Assembly: GCA_951406725.2 (NCBI GenBank)
Contig: OX597822.1
Span: 45,446,001-45,510,000, forward strand
Length of the DNA: 64,000 nt
Direction: 5' to 3'
Origin: Octopus vulgaris
Lineage: Eukaryota
The notes under the pieces were generated by a model. It was not told where the DNA came from and ran no database searches. It saw nothing but the letters and a program-made list of their open reading frames with translations. The translations under genes and the position numbers were made by a program. Positions 26,511 through 39,965 of the stretch are shown here, one piece after another (within the stretch, counting starts at the first letter, position 1; each line of letters starts with the position of its first letter).

Positions 26511-27213
26511 AAGTCAGTGAGCACAGTCAGGTCCTCTTCCACTAAATCGAGGCACGATGTTTCTGAAACAGTTTATCTGTGATTAAGGTGAATCGGTGAA
26601 TCATACCTAAGTCGTTCGATTGACTAATGTGGGCCATATGTCAGTCAAAAGTAGAGCTCAACAATTGTAACAGCTACAATAGAACAAAGATATTACGCCA
26701 ATCACATGACTTTTAAAATCACAGTCCATATTCTTGGGATGATTACAGAATTTCAAAACATGTTTTTCAAACTCCATATAACTGCCGTTCCTTCCCCACC
26801 AAATACACAGAGAAATAACCATTCGTTTGACCTTCATACTGATAAAAAGAGAAAAACATCCGTCTGTGGTTCATCCACTAATGTTATAACGCCTGCTGAA
26901 ATGAATCAACGATGATGATCAACCGGATGCCTACGGATACTACGAACTATATTGTTATCAACTAAAAATATGGAATGTGATCTTAAGTTACGTGATCGGT
27001 GGAAACGCGCGTGACGATGCATTAAATGTTTATAAATTACATCCTAGGATTATTGTTATTATTATAAGTAGCCTACATTATATCGGTTTAGCATTATGCA
27101 ACCTCGAAAAACTGGCTCACTAGTCAGCATCGGTTGACGGTCGCCGATATAATGGAATAGGAGCTTTATTTGCATATTCAAATCGTTACCATAGACAAAT
27201 TTAATATACATAT

Positions 27214-27289
<76 letters not shown>

Positions 27290-27352
27290 ATATATATACA
27301 CAAATATATATATATATACATATATATATATACACAAATATATATATATATA

Positions 27353-28488
27353 TCTCTCTATATAAACGGCAGTTTGTCTGTGCGTGTTTCTGTGTGTCTG
27401 TTTTCTCGTACCCTCACTCTGACCACGGCTTTCAACCGATTCTGATGAAACTTGACACACACATAGCCCAATGTCATAATTCAAAACTAACGCAGCGAAA
27501 ATTTTGAAAAGTTCCCCCAGTTCTGAAAAAATCGATAAATTCGACATGGGGTCGAGAATGAGAAACCCAAACCACAGACCGTCTAGGGGACGCAACTCCA
27601 CCTGTTTTAACTCTCAAAAAAAATTTACCATCATTTTTTTCCATTTTTTTGCTATTTTTTGGCTATAACTCTCTAAAAATGCTTTATAGTTATTTCCCTT
27701 ACAAACCTGAGCAACGCCGGGCGATACTGCTATCTCTCTCTATATAAACGGCAGTTTGTCTGTGCGTGTTTCTGTGTGTCTGTTTTCTCGTACCCTCACT
27801 CTGACCACGGCTTTCAACCGATTCTGATGAAACTTGACACACACATAGCCCAATGTCATAATTCAAAACTAACGCAGCGAAAATTTTGAAAAGTTCCCCC
27901 AGTTCTGAAAAAAAATCGATAAATTCGACATGGGGTCGAGAATGAGAAACCCAAACCACAGACCGTCTAGGGGACGCAACTCCACCTGTTTTAACTCTCA
28001 AAAAAAATTTACCATCATTTTTTTCCATTTTTTTGCTATTTTTTGGCTATAACTCTCTAAAAATGCTTTATAGTTATTTCCCTTACAAACCTGAGCAACG
28101 CCGGGCGATACTGCTATCTCTCTCTATATAAACGGCAGTTTGTCTGTGCGTGTTTCTGTGTGTCTGTTTTCTCGTACCCTCACTCTGACCACGGCTTTCA
28201 ACCGATTCTGATGAAACTTGACACACACATAGCCCAATGTCATAATTCAAAACTAACGCAGCGAAAATTTTGAAAAGTTCCCCCAGTTCTGAAAAAAATC
28301 GATAAATTCGACATGGGGTCGAGAATGAGAAACCCAAACCACAGACCGTCTAGGGGACGCAACTCCACCTGTTTTAACTCAAAAAAAATTTACCGTCATT
28401 TTTTTTCTATTTTTTGGCTATAACTCTCTAAAAATGCTTTATAGTTATTTCCCTTACAAACCTGAGCAACGCCGGGCGATACTGCTAG
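27353..28488 (+). mobile_element. Head-to-tail trimer of a ~380-bp non-autonomous Helitron
   Basis: Units 27353-27732, 27733-28116 and 28117-28488; 5' TC, 3' CCTGAGCAACGCCGGG hairpin plus CTAG; inserted between A and T, no TSD. Confidence 0.88.
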
Positions 28489-28509
28489 TACATATATATA
28501 TATACACAA

Positions 28510-28541
<32 letters not shown>

Positions 28542-28691
28542 TCAAATATATATATATATACATATATATATATACACAAATATATATATATATACATATA
28601 TATATATATTCAAATATATATATATATACATATATATTTATATATATATAAGTATATATATAAAATACAAATACATATATACGAATATATA

Positions 28692-28737
<46 letters not shown>

Positions 28738-28801
28738 CGCAAGCTACTTACCACACAGCCACTCCTGCGTCTATGTATATATATATATATATATATATTG
28801 C

Positions 28802-28853
<52 letters not shown>

Positions 28854-28879
28854 GCAATATATATATATATATATACATG

Positions 28880-28935
<56 letters not shown>

Positions 28936-28938
28936 GCA

Positions 28939-28967
<29 letters not shown>

Positions 28968-28969
<2 letters not shown>

Positions 28970-29375
28970 GACGCAGGAGTAGCTGTGTGGTAAGTAGCTT
29001 GCGCTTACCAACCATTTGGTTCCGGGTTCAGTCCCACTGCGTGGCACCTTGGGCAAGCGTCTTCTACTATAGCTTCGGGCCAACCAAAGGCTTGTGAGTG
29101 GATTTGGTAGAGGGAAACTGAAAGACGCCTGTCGTATTTATACGTGTGTATGTGTGTCTGTCTGTCTGTCTGTCCCCGCAACCATCGTTTGACAGCCGAT
29201 GTTGGTGTATTTACGTCCCCGTAACTTAGCGGTTCTGCACAAGAGACCGATAGAATAAGTACCAGGCTTACAAAGAATAAGTACCTGGGTCAATTTGTTC
29301 GACTAAAAAGGCGGTGCTCCAGCATGATCGCAGTCAAAATGACTGAAACAAATAGAAGAATAAAAAAAGAATAAA
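28968..29375 (+). mobile_element. SINE A, full length
   Basis: Head, CORE-like motif and tail all present. Confidence 0.9.
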
Positions 29376-29562
29376 GGAATACATACATGTGATTGAATAT
29401 TCCATGTCTTAACATGGATCTCCTTGGAACAATGTAAACTTCTATTCAATCAAGATATCCTTGGTCTGAAGAGTAGCCAGCGGTATACGCCTCGCTTGGA
29501 TATTTGCCACTTCCGAGGTTCCGCTCTCAATGAACCATATGTAACCCGGATATTATCTACTC

Positions 29563-29622
<60 letters not shown>

Positions 29623-29643
29623 CACACACATACACACACACAC

Positions 29644-29694
<51 letters not shown>

Positions 29695-30148
29695 CCCTTT
29701 AACAATTCAAAATATTGGCTTTTATTCCTCTTAATTCTACCTCACTTCATCTATTTATCGTTACTTTCCATAAATAAGGCTTTATTTATTTAGATCCAAT
29801 GTGCATTTTCGCTTTTTTCTTCTTACTTTCCCCATATATCTACCACGTGTAGTTTATTTTTCTCTTTGAGACCTATTCCTATTGTGCATGTGTGTGTTCT
29901 AGTATATAATTATAATTAATGGCGCTGAGGTAACAACCCCAATACGCCTGGGGAGAACCATTTTAGAGAGGTTTGAAGACATTTAAAATCTACTTCAGAC
30001 GTATTCGTGTTGTCCCTTCAGCGACCTTAATTATAATTATATATTTATGATTATGCACTGAAATAAATATTAATTTTACCGATATTGTAGTTATAACACG
30101 CTGGCCGCTGATAAAAATCATTTTAATGATTATATTCACAATTTATAC

Positions 30149-30253
<105 letters not shown>

Positions 30254-30529
30254 TGCATCCATCTACTGTTTCCGTAACCATCCCTTTTTACACACTCTAT
30301 CGGTTAATTGTGAACACTACAACATTTACGTGATTCCGATCTCCTAGAAACAGCTGTTGAGTTAAAGATTTATGCTTTCAACCTTCAGTTTTCTGTATTT
30401 TTCATACTTCGTGTAAATTTACTTCTCAATATGTGTGTGTGTGTGTTTATATGTGTGTGTGTATACGTATATATATATATAAATATATATAGATACAATA
30501 ATATAAATAATAAATAGATATGCATACAT

Positions 30530-30588
<59 letters not shown>

Positions 30589-30761
30589 CATATATACATA
30601 TGCATATATGGGTACAGGACGTCACCAACAGTAAACAACATGAGATACGAAAACAAATGAGTTCAATACGTAAACAACGAGAGAAACAAATGGAAAACTG
30701 GACAACATAGAGAACGGCCTTGCATCAGTTGTCGCTTGTCTATCTACTCCTCACTTTCGAA

Positions 30762-30818
<57 letters not shown>

Positions 30819-30985
30819 TATATACATATATATATACATATATATATACATATATATATACATATATATACATATGTATTATAAATATATATATACATGC
30901 TTCTAGATAAGTGTTTATCGACTGAATATTTTCAGTATTCTGTATATCCCTGAATATATCTACATGTGTATATGTATCTATGTAC

Positions 30986-31021
<36 letters not shown>

Positions 31022-31347
31022 CCTAATGATGTTATTTGTATAATTTGAGAGAGAGGGTGTGTGTTAATTAGAGGAAGTTATATCCTCATTAGATATTATA
31101 TAATCCAAGGTATTCCAATGGTTAACCTTTATCATATAATGCGAAAGTCATTGGTATATGTTAGGAGTTATTGAAATTACATATTGTCTATATTACATTG
31201 AGGGAAAAAAGAAAATAGAGAAATAATGGATGTATAATTTATTTGTACGTTATGAAATGATGAAAATTTCTTTTAAAAAGCAAAACAGTGTAAATAAAGT
31301 GATTGCAAGTTGTAAAGCTCAAAAATTAAAATGAAATGAAATAAAAG

Positions 31348-31461
31348 AACCTACATATATGTTTCAGTCCTCTCACCTAGCTGATCTGGATTCCTAAGCA
31401 TTTAGTTAAATGCTAAGAAACGTATGTTTTAACTTTATGGTGGTTGGACTTCTTCAGGGTT
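31348..31461 (-). ncRNA. Minimal type I hammerhead ribozyme (canonical core)
   Basis: AACC-CUGAAGA-AGUCC..(75 nt)..GGACU-GAAAC-AUAUAU-GUA-GGUU. Confidence 0.75.
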
Positions 31462-31649
31462 AATTATGAACTCATTGAACTTAGGAGATCATTTTTATTT
31501 TGAAGGATGCATATAGAGTATTAGTGAGTTAAAGAATTTAAAAGCTATATATATAGTAAGTGTATCTAATTGACGGGTTCTATATGTTCATGAATATGCC
31601 ATATACTAGGGATTAGAAATCATAGATAGATATAGATATATATATATAT

Positions 31650-32279
31650 GATGGCCGTCCATTGCTGACCTTCAGGAACATTGTGCTCTCTAGGACTAAC
31701 TTATATTTTACATTTGCGACTCCGTTGGTGGTTAATGAGCCCTGCTCTTGACAAGCATACACGACTGCAAACGTTGCAAACCAAACTTACCCCATTCCCT
31801 ACACCAGCAGTGCGCCTTCGAGCAGCACGCTTAAGTTCTTCATGCAGAATTCGTGCTCTCTGAAAACTGTCGATTCCATCCTTAACTTGCTTCCTCTATG
31901 GCGATGACAGACATTTCTCTCACTGTCAGTCTCCTGCATATCACAGGTCTTTAATGAGGACTTGACACAGTCCTTAAATCGCAGCGTTCGTTTCTGCTGG
32001 GGGGGGTCTCTTTCCGTTCACAAGTTCTCCATATAGCACCTGCGTAGGGATCCTGCTGTCCTTCATTCTAATAAGATGTCCAGTCCAACGTAACCGGTAC
32101 TTGTGCACCATCGCCTCAATACTCAAGATATCAGCTGCCCTCAGAAGCTGAGTTCCTGGAGATTTTTATGGTCCAGCCAACATTCAGAATGTCTGAGACA
32201 TCTCTGATGAAATGAATAAATGAGTGATGTCAGTACACATGCGTATATATATGTGTATATATATGTATATATATATGTA

Positions 32280-32315
<36 letters not shown>

Positions 32316-32520
32316 TGTATATACATATATACACACTTTATTTGTGGGATAACAAGGCAAGCGTGCCGTATGGAAGTGCTGGTACTCGTCTCCCAACGTG
32401 GAGACAAGTGCCAGCACTTCCCTGTAACAAGTTTAAGCAATTGTAAAGATCCGTTTAGATGAAAGAATTGGTAGCTTTCTGAATCCACGAATAAGAAATA
32501 TTTATCTACCAATGTTGTGT
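31650..32520 (-). mobile_element. RTE-clade LINE 3' fragment interrupted by a microsatellite
   Basis: ACVLTSLIY..FHQRCLR; SIEAMVHKYRLRWTGHLIRMKDSRIPTQVLYGEL; RFKDCVKSSLK; terminal finger remnant CLSRAGLINHQRS. Confidence 0.85.
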
Positions 32521-32528
32521 TGAGCATT

Positions 32529-32567
<39 letters not shown>

Positions 32568-32908
32568 AGCCTGGACCGATGAAAGGTGATGTTGTCGTCC
32601 AAGAGATTTATACATAGAAACGAAGAGGCAGTAAATGTTTTAAGCGAAACATTTTGAGCGACGACAATCAAAGGATGTGGCGAATACGGCCCTCATTATG
32701 AAGGAATATGAAACAATGAAAGGAAATGTATGCAAAACAGCTCTGCTGAATACTAGGTCTTCTGCTAAGACGAAAAGAGACAAGAAGAAGAAGAAGAAGA
32801 AGAAGAAGAAATAACAGCAACAGTAACAGCAGTCATAAATCATGTGTCCGAGGAAGTTAAAAAAACAAAAGAAAGAAAAGACTTACGTAGAAGAGAGAGG
32901 GGGAGAGG

Positions 32909-32950
<42 letters not shown>

Positions 32951-33104
32951 CAGAAAATAGTTTTAAATTATATAAAACATGAATTTATTTTTCTTCTCAC
33001 AAGATACATTAAAGCGTCTAGATTTCAATAAGAAAATGCCAGATACAAACAACCAGATCTACTTTCAAACACGCACACACACACACACAAACACAAACAT
33101 ATCC

Positions 33105-33151
<47 letters not shown>

Positions 33152-33157
33152 TATATG

Positions 33158-33213
<56 letters not shown>

Positions 33214-33527
33214 GTGTGTGTATTTGGTTCATATTTAAGTTTACATCTGGTAAGTGCATTAGAATATAACCAGCAATAACTGCATGCATAGAATAGAACG
33301 CCATTGTGTGCTGAATGTGTGTGTGTGTGTGTGTAATCCGCTGCATGCGCGTAAACGTACGCGTTTCATAAAATTTAATGTACTTCTGCATGCACTTACA
33401 TACACATATATATATATATACACAAATATTTATGTTTTTATATATATGTATGAACCCATATAGAATATATATATATATATATATACATAAGCATCTATAT
33501 ATGTAAATATACATAGGTATATATATG

Positions 33528-33585
<58 letters not shown>

Positions 33586-33690
33586 TACATACATATATAT
33601 ATATCTGTATATATATATATATGTGCATGCATATATATATGTATATATATATATATGTATGTATATATATATGTATATAAACGCATATGT

Positions 33691-33725
<35 letters not shown>

Positions 33726-34290
33726 AATTTTTATATATATAGATGTATATATATATGAATTTATATATATATATATATATGTGTATTTATATATGTATGT
33801 GTATTTATATGCATATATATATATATATATATACACTCACACGTAGATATGCATGTGTGTGTGCGTGCTTATTTTTGTGTTTTCCATTAATTTAGACTGT
33901 TGAGTTTGATATTCAAACCTGTCATTTAATAGGCATATATACGTATGTCATATATATATATATATTCGGCCACACGCACACACATATATACGAGTGCGTT
34001 TGTGTGAACGCGTGTAAGTGACAGAAAAGAAAATATCTATGCTGTGATACGTGTATGTACAGACTTGAAATTGAATAATACCTATGTCTACAAGAATATG
34101 TTTACAGGTGTGCATGCGTTGAATATAGATGCATTAATACGTGTATAGATATGTATATGTATATATATATATATATGTGTGTGTGTGTATGTATGTGTGT
34201 CTGTATATGTATGTGTATAAATATATATATATGTGTGTGTGTGTATAGTATATAAGTATGTATATATATTAAATTTTATGTATATATATG

Positions 34291-34331
<41 letters not shown>

Positions 34332-34332
34332 G

Positions 34333-34382
<50 letters not shown>

Positions 34383-34449
34383 GTAAGTATATATGTATAT
34401 TAAATTTTATATATATATGTATATACAAATATATATATATACATGTATG

Positions 34450-34522
<73 letters not shown>

Positions 34523-34597
34523 GCGTTTTTCGTCGTATACGAGCTTTTACAACGTTTTCTACTTTTGTTATTGCGATAAATCTATTTATGAGAAAAT

Positions 34598-34818
34598 GTC
34601 GGAAGCGAATTTCAAAATGGCGTTTCATTCAAGTTTGTTGCTTCGGTTGTTTTTGGTGCTGTTTTTATTCTTGTTGTGCATCATTTGTTGTCCTTGTTGT
34701 TGTTGTTGTTGTTGTTGTATTGTTTTTGTGTCGTGTTTATAGTTATGTTTGTTGTTTGTATGCTTTCGATCTTTGTACTTGTAGAAATTGTCAACCGGTG
34801 CGCGGGCGGGCGGGCGTA
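34598..34818. promoter_or_regulatory. Candidate promoter-like motif cluster (ETS, YY1, GC boxes)
   Basis: CGGAAG at ~34600, CAAAATGGCG at 34613-34622, GGGCGGGCGGGCG at 34804-34816, in a CpG-retaining unique island. Confidence 0.35.
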
Positions 34819-35178
34819 TGAGTGGGTAGATAGTTGGGAAAGAGAGAGGCGGAGAGGGAGACAGAGAGAGAGAAGAAGGGTAAAATGAGTGGAGAATAGA
34901 TGAGATGTTGAGAGGGTTAGTGAGAGGAGAGGGAAAAAGGAGGAAACGGAGAAGAGTGAAAAAGAGTGGTAGTGAGAGTATTGGGTGGATAAAGTGGATA
35001 AAGGGTGGACGATTTCGTCTAACCAAATGGAGATGGTGCTGATGATGATGACGGTGATAATGACGATGAGGAGGGGGAAGAGGAAGTGGATGTAAATGTA
35101 TGTAATATTGATGATCAGGTGGAGGAGAGAAGAAGCGGTAGCGTTATAGAAACGGGGTGTTGTGAAAACGGAGACAGA

Positions 35179-35601
35179 GTAGCGGCGGCGGCATAGCGGC
35201 AGCGGCGGCGGCGTAGCGGCATGGCAGTGGCGGCGTAGCAGCATAGCGTCGGCGTAGCGGCGTAGCGCGTAGCGGCGCAGCGTCGGCGTAGCGGCGGCGT
35301 AGCGGCGGCGTAGCGGCGGCGTAGCGGCGGCGTAGCGGCGGCGTAGCGGCGGCGTAGCGGCGGCGTAGCGGCATAGCGTCGGTGTAGCGGCGTAGCGGCG
35401 TTGCGACGTAGCGGCGTAGCGACGTAGCGGCGTAGCGACGTAGCGGCGTAGCGACGTAGCGGCGTAGCGACGTAGCGGCGTAGCGACGTAGCGGCGTAGC
35501 GACGTAGCGGTGGCGTAGCGGTGGTGGCGTAGTGGCGATGGCATATCAGTAGCGGCGTGGCGGTGGTGGCGTAGCGGCAGCGGCGGCGGTGGCGTAGCGG
35601 C
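35179..35601. repeat. GC/CpG-rich minisatellite (11-mer GGCGTAGCGGC and 16-mer GACGTAGCGGCGTAGC)
   Basis: Direct inspection. Confidence 0.9.
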
Positions 35602-35679
35602 AAGATGGTGGTGATGTTAGTGCTGATGACGTGCTTAATGAGAAACGTGCAATGAGAAATTGATGCGAAATAAAACGGG

Positions 35680-35756
35680 CAATATAAAGATAGTTATATA
35701 GCAACACGGATCAAGCCAATGGACCAATGGGAATGCAGTAAGTCAATGACGTCAAG
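35680..35756. promoter_or_regulatory. Candidate regulatory cluster: two CCAAT boxes and a full CRE
   Basis: CCAAT at 35716 and 35724; TGACGTCA at 35747-35754. Confidence 0.3.
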
Positions 35757-35850
35757 ATCAAGTCAGAAGCGAATTAAGTTAGCCCAGTGACCATGATGGT
35801 ATTCGTATACGGTGGAATTAGTGTTGTTGTTGCTACTGCTGCTGCTGCTA

Positions 35851-35882
<32 letters not shown>

Positions 35883-36054
35883 GCTACTGCCGCTGCTACT
35901 GCTGCTGCTATTGCTGCTGCTGCTGCTACTACTGCTACTGCCTCTGCTGCTGCTGCTGCTGCTGTAGTTGTTATTGCAAAGCCGTAAGTCAACACACAAC
36001 GAGCAGGCATAGCATCAAACGCGTTCCAATTCTACCCACCTCGACTTTAGCTTA

Positions 36055-36226
36055 TATTTGTTTCAGTGATTGGATTGCGACCATGTTGGAGCATCGCCTT
36101 GAAGGGTTAATCGAAAAGACTCAAGCCCAGTATTTATTTTTTCAGCCTGCTACTTATTCTATCGGGCCCTTTCTGGCCAAACCGTTCAGTTACGGGGACG
36201 AAAATGAGCCAAGCACTGGAAAGGAA

Positions 36227-36230
<4 letters not shown>
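36055..36230 (-). mobile_element. SINE A 3' half (diverged)
   Basis: Similarity to the family A tail. Confidence 0.7.
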
Positions 36231-36282
<52 letters not shown>

Positions 36283-36291
<9 letters not shown>

Positions 36292-36500
36292 CGCTTAAAA
36301 GTTCCTGGTTTTGAATAAAAGAAAATAAAGGCGGATCAGTTAATTATTTTACTTAACATATCCCCTTCTCAGATTCACACACATATTGCAGCGCTCCTTC
36401 AGTTTTTATAACCCCTGTAGAAAGAACTCGGAAGGTTGAGCCTGCAACCAGGCCTATAGTGACACCCTTAAAGCCAGGAGCTTTTCAGCACCGCAATGTG
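36283..36500. mobile_element. Mariner-type MITE (~220 bp)
   Basis: CGAGGGGGACGCTTAAAAGTTCCTGGTT versus AAGCCAGGAGCTTTTCAGCACC (imperfect TIRs). Confidence 0.6.
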
Positions 36501-36529
36501 TAGATATATGTGTGTGTGTGTGCGCGCGC

Positions 36530-36944
36530 GCAGGGTGGCTGTGTGGAAAGAAGCTTCCTTCCCAGCCTCACGGTTCTGTGTTCAGTCTCACTGCGTGGCA
36601 CCTTGGGCAAGTGTTTTTTTTTTTCTATAGCCTCGTAGTGGATTTGGTAGACGGAAATCTGAAAGAAGCCCGTAGTATATGTATGTGTGTGTGTGTGTGT
36701 CTATTATGTATGTATGTATGTATGTATGTGTTTGTTGCTTGTGTCTGCGTTTGTCCTCCTTCATCGCTTGACAACCGATGTTGGTGCGTTTACGCCCCCG
36801 TCACTTAGCGGTTCGGCAAAAAAAGACTGATAAAATAAGTATTGAGCTTACAAAGAATAAGTTCTGGGGTCGATTTATTCGATTAAAGGTGGTGCTCCAG
36901 CATGGCCGCATTCAAATGACTGAAACAAGTAAAGGAATAAAAGA

Positions 36945-36945
<1 letters not shown>
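36530..36945 (+). mobile_element. SINE A
   Basis: Head, CCTTGGGCAAGT motif and tail. Confidence 0.88.
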
Positions 36946-37017
<72 letters not shown>

Positions 37018-37334
37018 CAGAGAGACAGAGACAGAGAGAGACAGAGACAGAGAGAGACAGAGACAGAGAGAGACAGAGAGGGAGAGAGAGAGGGGGGACA
37101 GACAGAGACAGACCGACATACACACATACATACATGCATGCATGCATACATACATACATACATACATACATACATACATACATACATCAAATTCACTCAC
37201 AAAGCATTAATCGGACTGGAGCTATAATGGAAGGCACTTTCGTCGGTGCAGCGCGCAGGGACTGAACTAGCAAACATGTTGTTGGAAAGCAAACGTCTTA
37301 ACTCACAGCCATGCCATGCGGATAATATTCGCAA

Positions 37335-38340
37335 CAAATATATTTTGAAATTGTGGTACAGGGCCAAGAGTTCCAGTGGGGAAGTGTTGGTCGATTACAC
37401 CGACACCAGTATTTGACTGATACTTTATTTCATCGAGCCCGATAGAATAGAAGACGAAGTTGGCCTCAGCGAGATTTTAACTGAAAACGTAAAGACACGC
37501 AAAATATAATACAACGCATTTTGCCGACGCTCTAACAAGTGCGCCAATTCATCTTAATATTAATATTTACTAGTGTTAAGGCGGCGAGCTGGCAGAAACG
37601 TTAGCACGCCGGGCGAAATGCGCAGTCGTGATTCATCTGCCGTTACGTTCTGAGTTCAAATTCCGCCGAGGTCGACTTCGCTTTTCATCCTTTCGGGAGT
37701 CGATAAATTAAGTACCAGTTACGCACTGGGGTCGATGTAATCGACTTAATCCGTTTGTCTGTCCTTGTTTGTCCCCTCTATGTTTAGCCCCTTGTGGGTA
37801 GTAAAGAAATAGGTATTTCGTCTGCCGCTACGTTCTGAGTTCAAATTCCGCCGAGGTCGACTTTGCCTTTCATCCTTTCGAAGTCAATAACATAAGTACC
37901 AGTTACGCACTGGGGTTCGATATAATCGACTTAATCCGTTTGTCTGTCCTTGTTTGATGTCCCCTCTGTGTGTAGCCCCTTGTGGGCAGTAAAGAAATAG
38001 AAATAGGTATTTCATCTGTCTTTATGTTCTGAGTTCAAATTCCTTTGAGGTTGACTTTGCCTTTCATCCTTCCGAAGTTACTAAAATAATTACCAGTGAA
38101 ACACTGGGGTCGGTGTAATCAACTTGCCTATAGTAGAGACAGTGAGCTGGCAGAATCGTTAGCATGCCGGACTAAATCGTCCGGCTTTACGTTCTGTGTT
38201 CAAATGCCACCGTTCTGTGTTCAAATGCTTTCGTTGTTTGGTAAAATAATCACCAGTTAAGCACTGGAGTCGAGATTATCGACTTATCTCCTCCCCCAAA
38301 ATTGCTGGCCTTGTGCCAAAATTTGAAATCACCATTTATT
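37335..38340. mobile_element. MetaSINE-type family C cluster: one old minus copy, then about four tandem plus units
   Basis: Head AAGGCGGCGAGCTGGCAGAAACGTTAGC at 37578; GTTCTGAGTTCAAATTCC...GACTTTGCCTTTCATCCTTTCG repeated at ~37648, ~37832, ~38027 and ~38191. Confidence 0.85.
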
Positions 38341-38443
38341 GGTGTTATCTTTACTCCCAATTTTGTGCTTCTGCGGGTGTATGTGTGTGTGCATTCATGT
38401 ATATGTAGGGATGTATCTGCGTACATCTATGCATACATTTATA

Positions 38444-38494
<51 letters not shown>

Positions 38495-38536
38495 CACGTG
38501 TGTATGGTGGAGTAGGAGGGTAAACGTCGATGGAAA

Positions 38537-38581
38537 GGGTTGCTGAAGAGGTCACAGATGTGTGACGAAAGATTTCCAAAC
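38537..38581 (+). ncRNA. Minimal type I hammerhead motif (canonical core plus 1-nt insertion)
   Basis: GGGUUG-CUGAAGA-G-GUCACA-GAUG-UGUGAC-GAAA-GAU-UUC-CAAAC. Confidence 0.6.
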
Positions 38582-38687
38582 AATGAACATAAATCAAAAT
38601 AAGAACAATAAAAAAAGGTTGAAGAACGAATATTATATAGCGTGTCTGTTTATTTGGCAAAAAAATTACCATTCTGTAATATAACAA

Positions 38688-38723
<36 letters not shown>

Positions 38724-39048
38724 TGTATGTTTGTATGTATGTATGTATGTATGTAGGTACGTATAAATCGCCATTTCCTGTCAAGGATAATGTACCAACA
38801 ACGCCGCCAACACCAACGATATCATTACATGATCGCCATCACCACCGCCGCCACCACAACTAGGACGGAACAAAATGGCCGATATATCCCCACGAGGGGA
38901 TTTTGCTTCTAATTTACCCTCAGATTTATTTATTAGGCTCTATTAATATTCGAAAATCTCCTATAACATTGATCGTCTGCCCATTATTCCCGCCATTGTT
39001 AGAACACATTAAATGGCTGAAACTATACTTTCACCAAACAATTCATTT

Positions 39049-39101
<53 letters not shown>

Positions 39102-39235
39102 TGAGTGTCTGTGTATCTGTGTGTGTGCTTGAGTGTGTGTGTGTATACACCTACATTTGTATGTCTATGCATGTGCTTATGTCTGTATTTGTATATGCAT
39201 ATACATCATATACATGTGTGTGTGAATATATTATT

Positions 39236-39279
<44 letters not shown>

Positions 39280-39560
39280 AATATATATATATATATATAC
39301 ATACATACGTATGCATACATATATGCATGTATATGCACACATACATATATGTATAAATAAACGTATATGCATATATGTACATATATGTTTGTGTATGTGT
39401 AAATATACATACATACTTATACACGGCCACTCGCACACACACCATGCATATACACACGCATGTATCTACATCACTTCCTAACTTATATATGAATATATGT
39501 ATGTGTATATATATATAATGCATATACATATATATATATGTGTGTGTGTGTGTGTATGCT

Positions 39561-39616
<56 letters not shown>

Positions 39617-39855
39617 TATACATTTATATATATATATACACTTATACATATATACACATCTATATACATATATATATATACATGTATATACATATAAAAA
39701 ATCTATATGTACATAGACATATATATGTATACGTATATATTTATATATATATATATATATACATACATACATATATATACATTTATACATATATATACAC
39801 ATCTATATACATATATATATATACATGTATATACATATAAAAACATATGTACATA

Positions 39856-39917
<62 letters not shown>

Positions 39918-39931
39918 CATATATACATATG

Positions 39932-39965
<34 letters not shown>

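Noticed and set aside
27353-28488. CRISPR-like or satellite array
   Set aside because: No unique spacers, eukaryotic context, and the termini match a Helitron.
29908-30040. Weak ~40-bp inverted repeat
   Set aside because: Too degenerate and AT-rich to assign to any element.
34681-35603. RRYAAATP-repeat ORFs
   Set aside because: The 11- and 16-bp periods are not multiples of three and several frames are open, as expected for a non-coding minisatellite.
35620-35652. CUGAUGA...GAAAC-GUG match
   Set aside because: No stem II, and G at the cleavage position.
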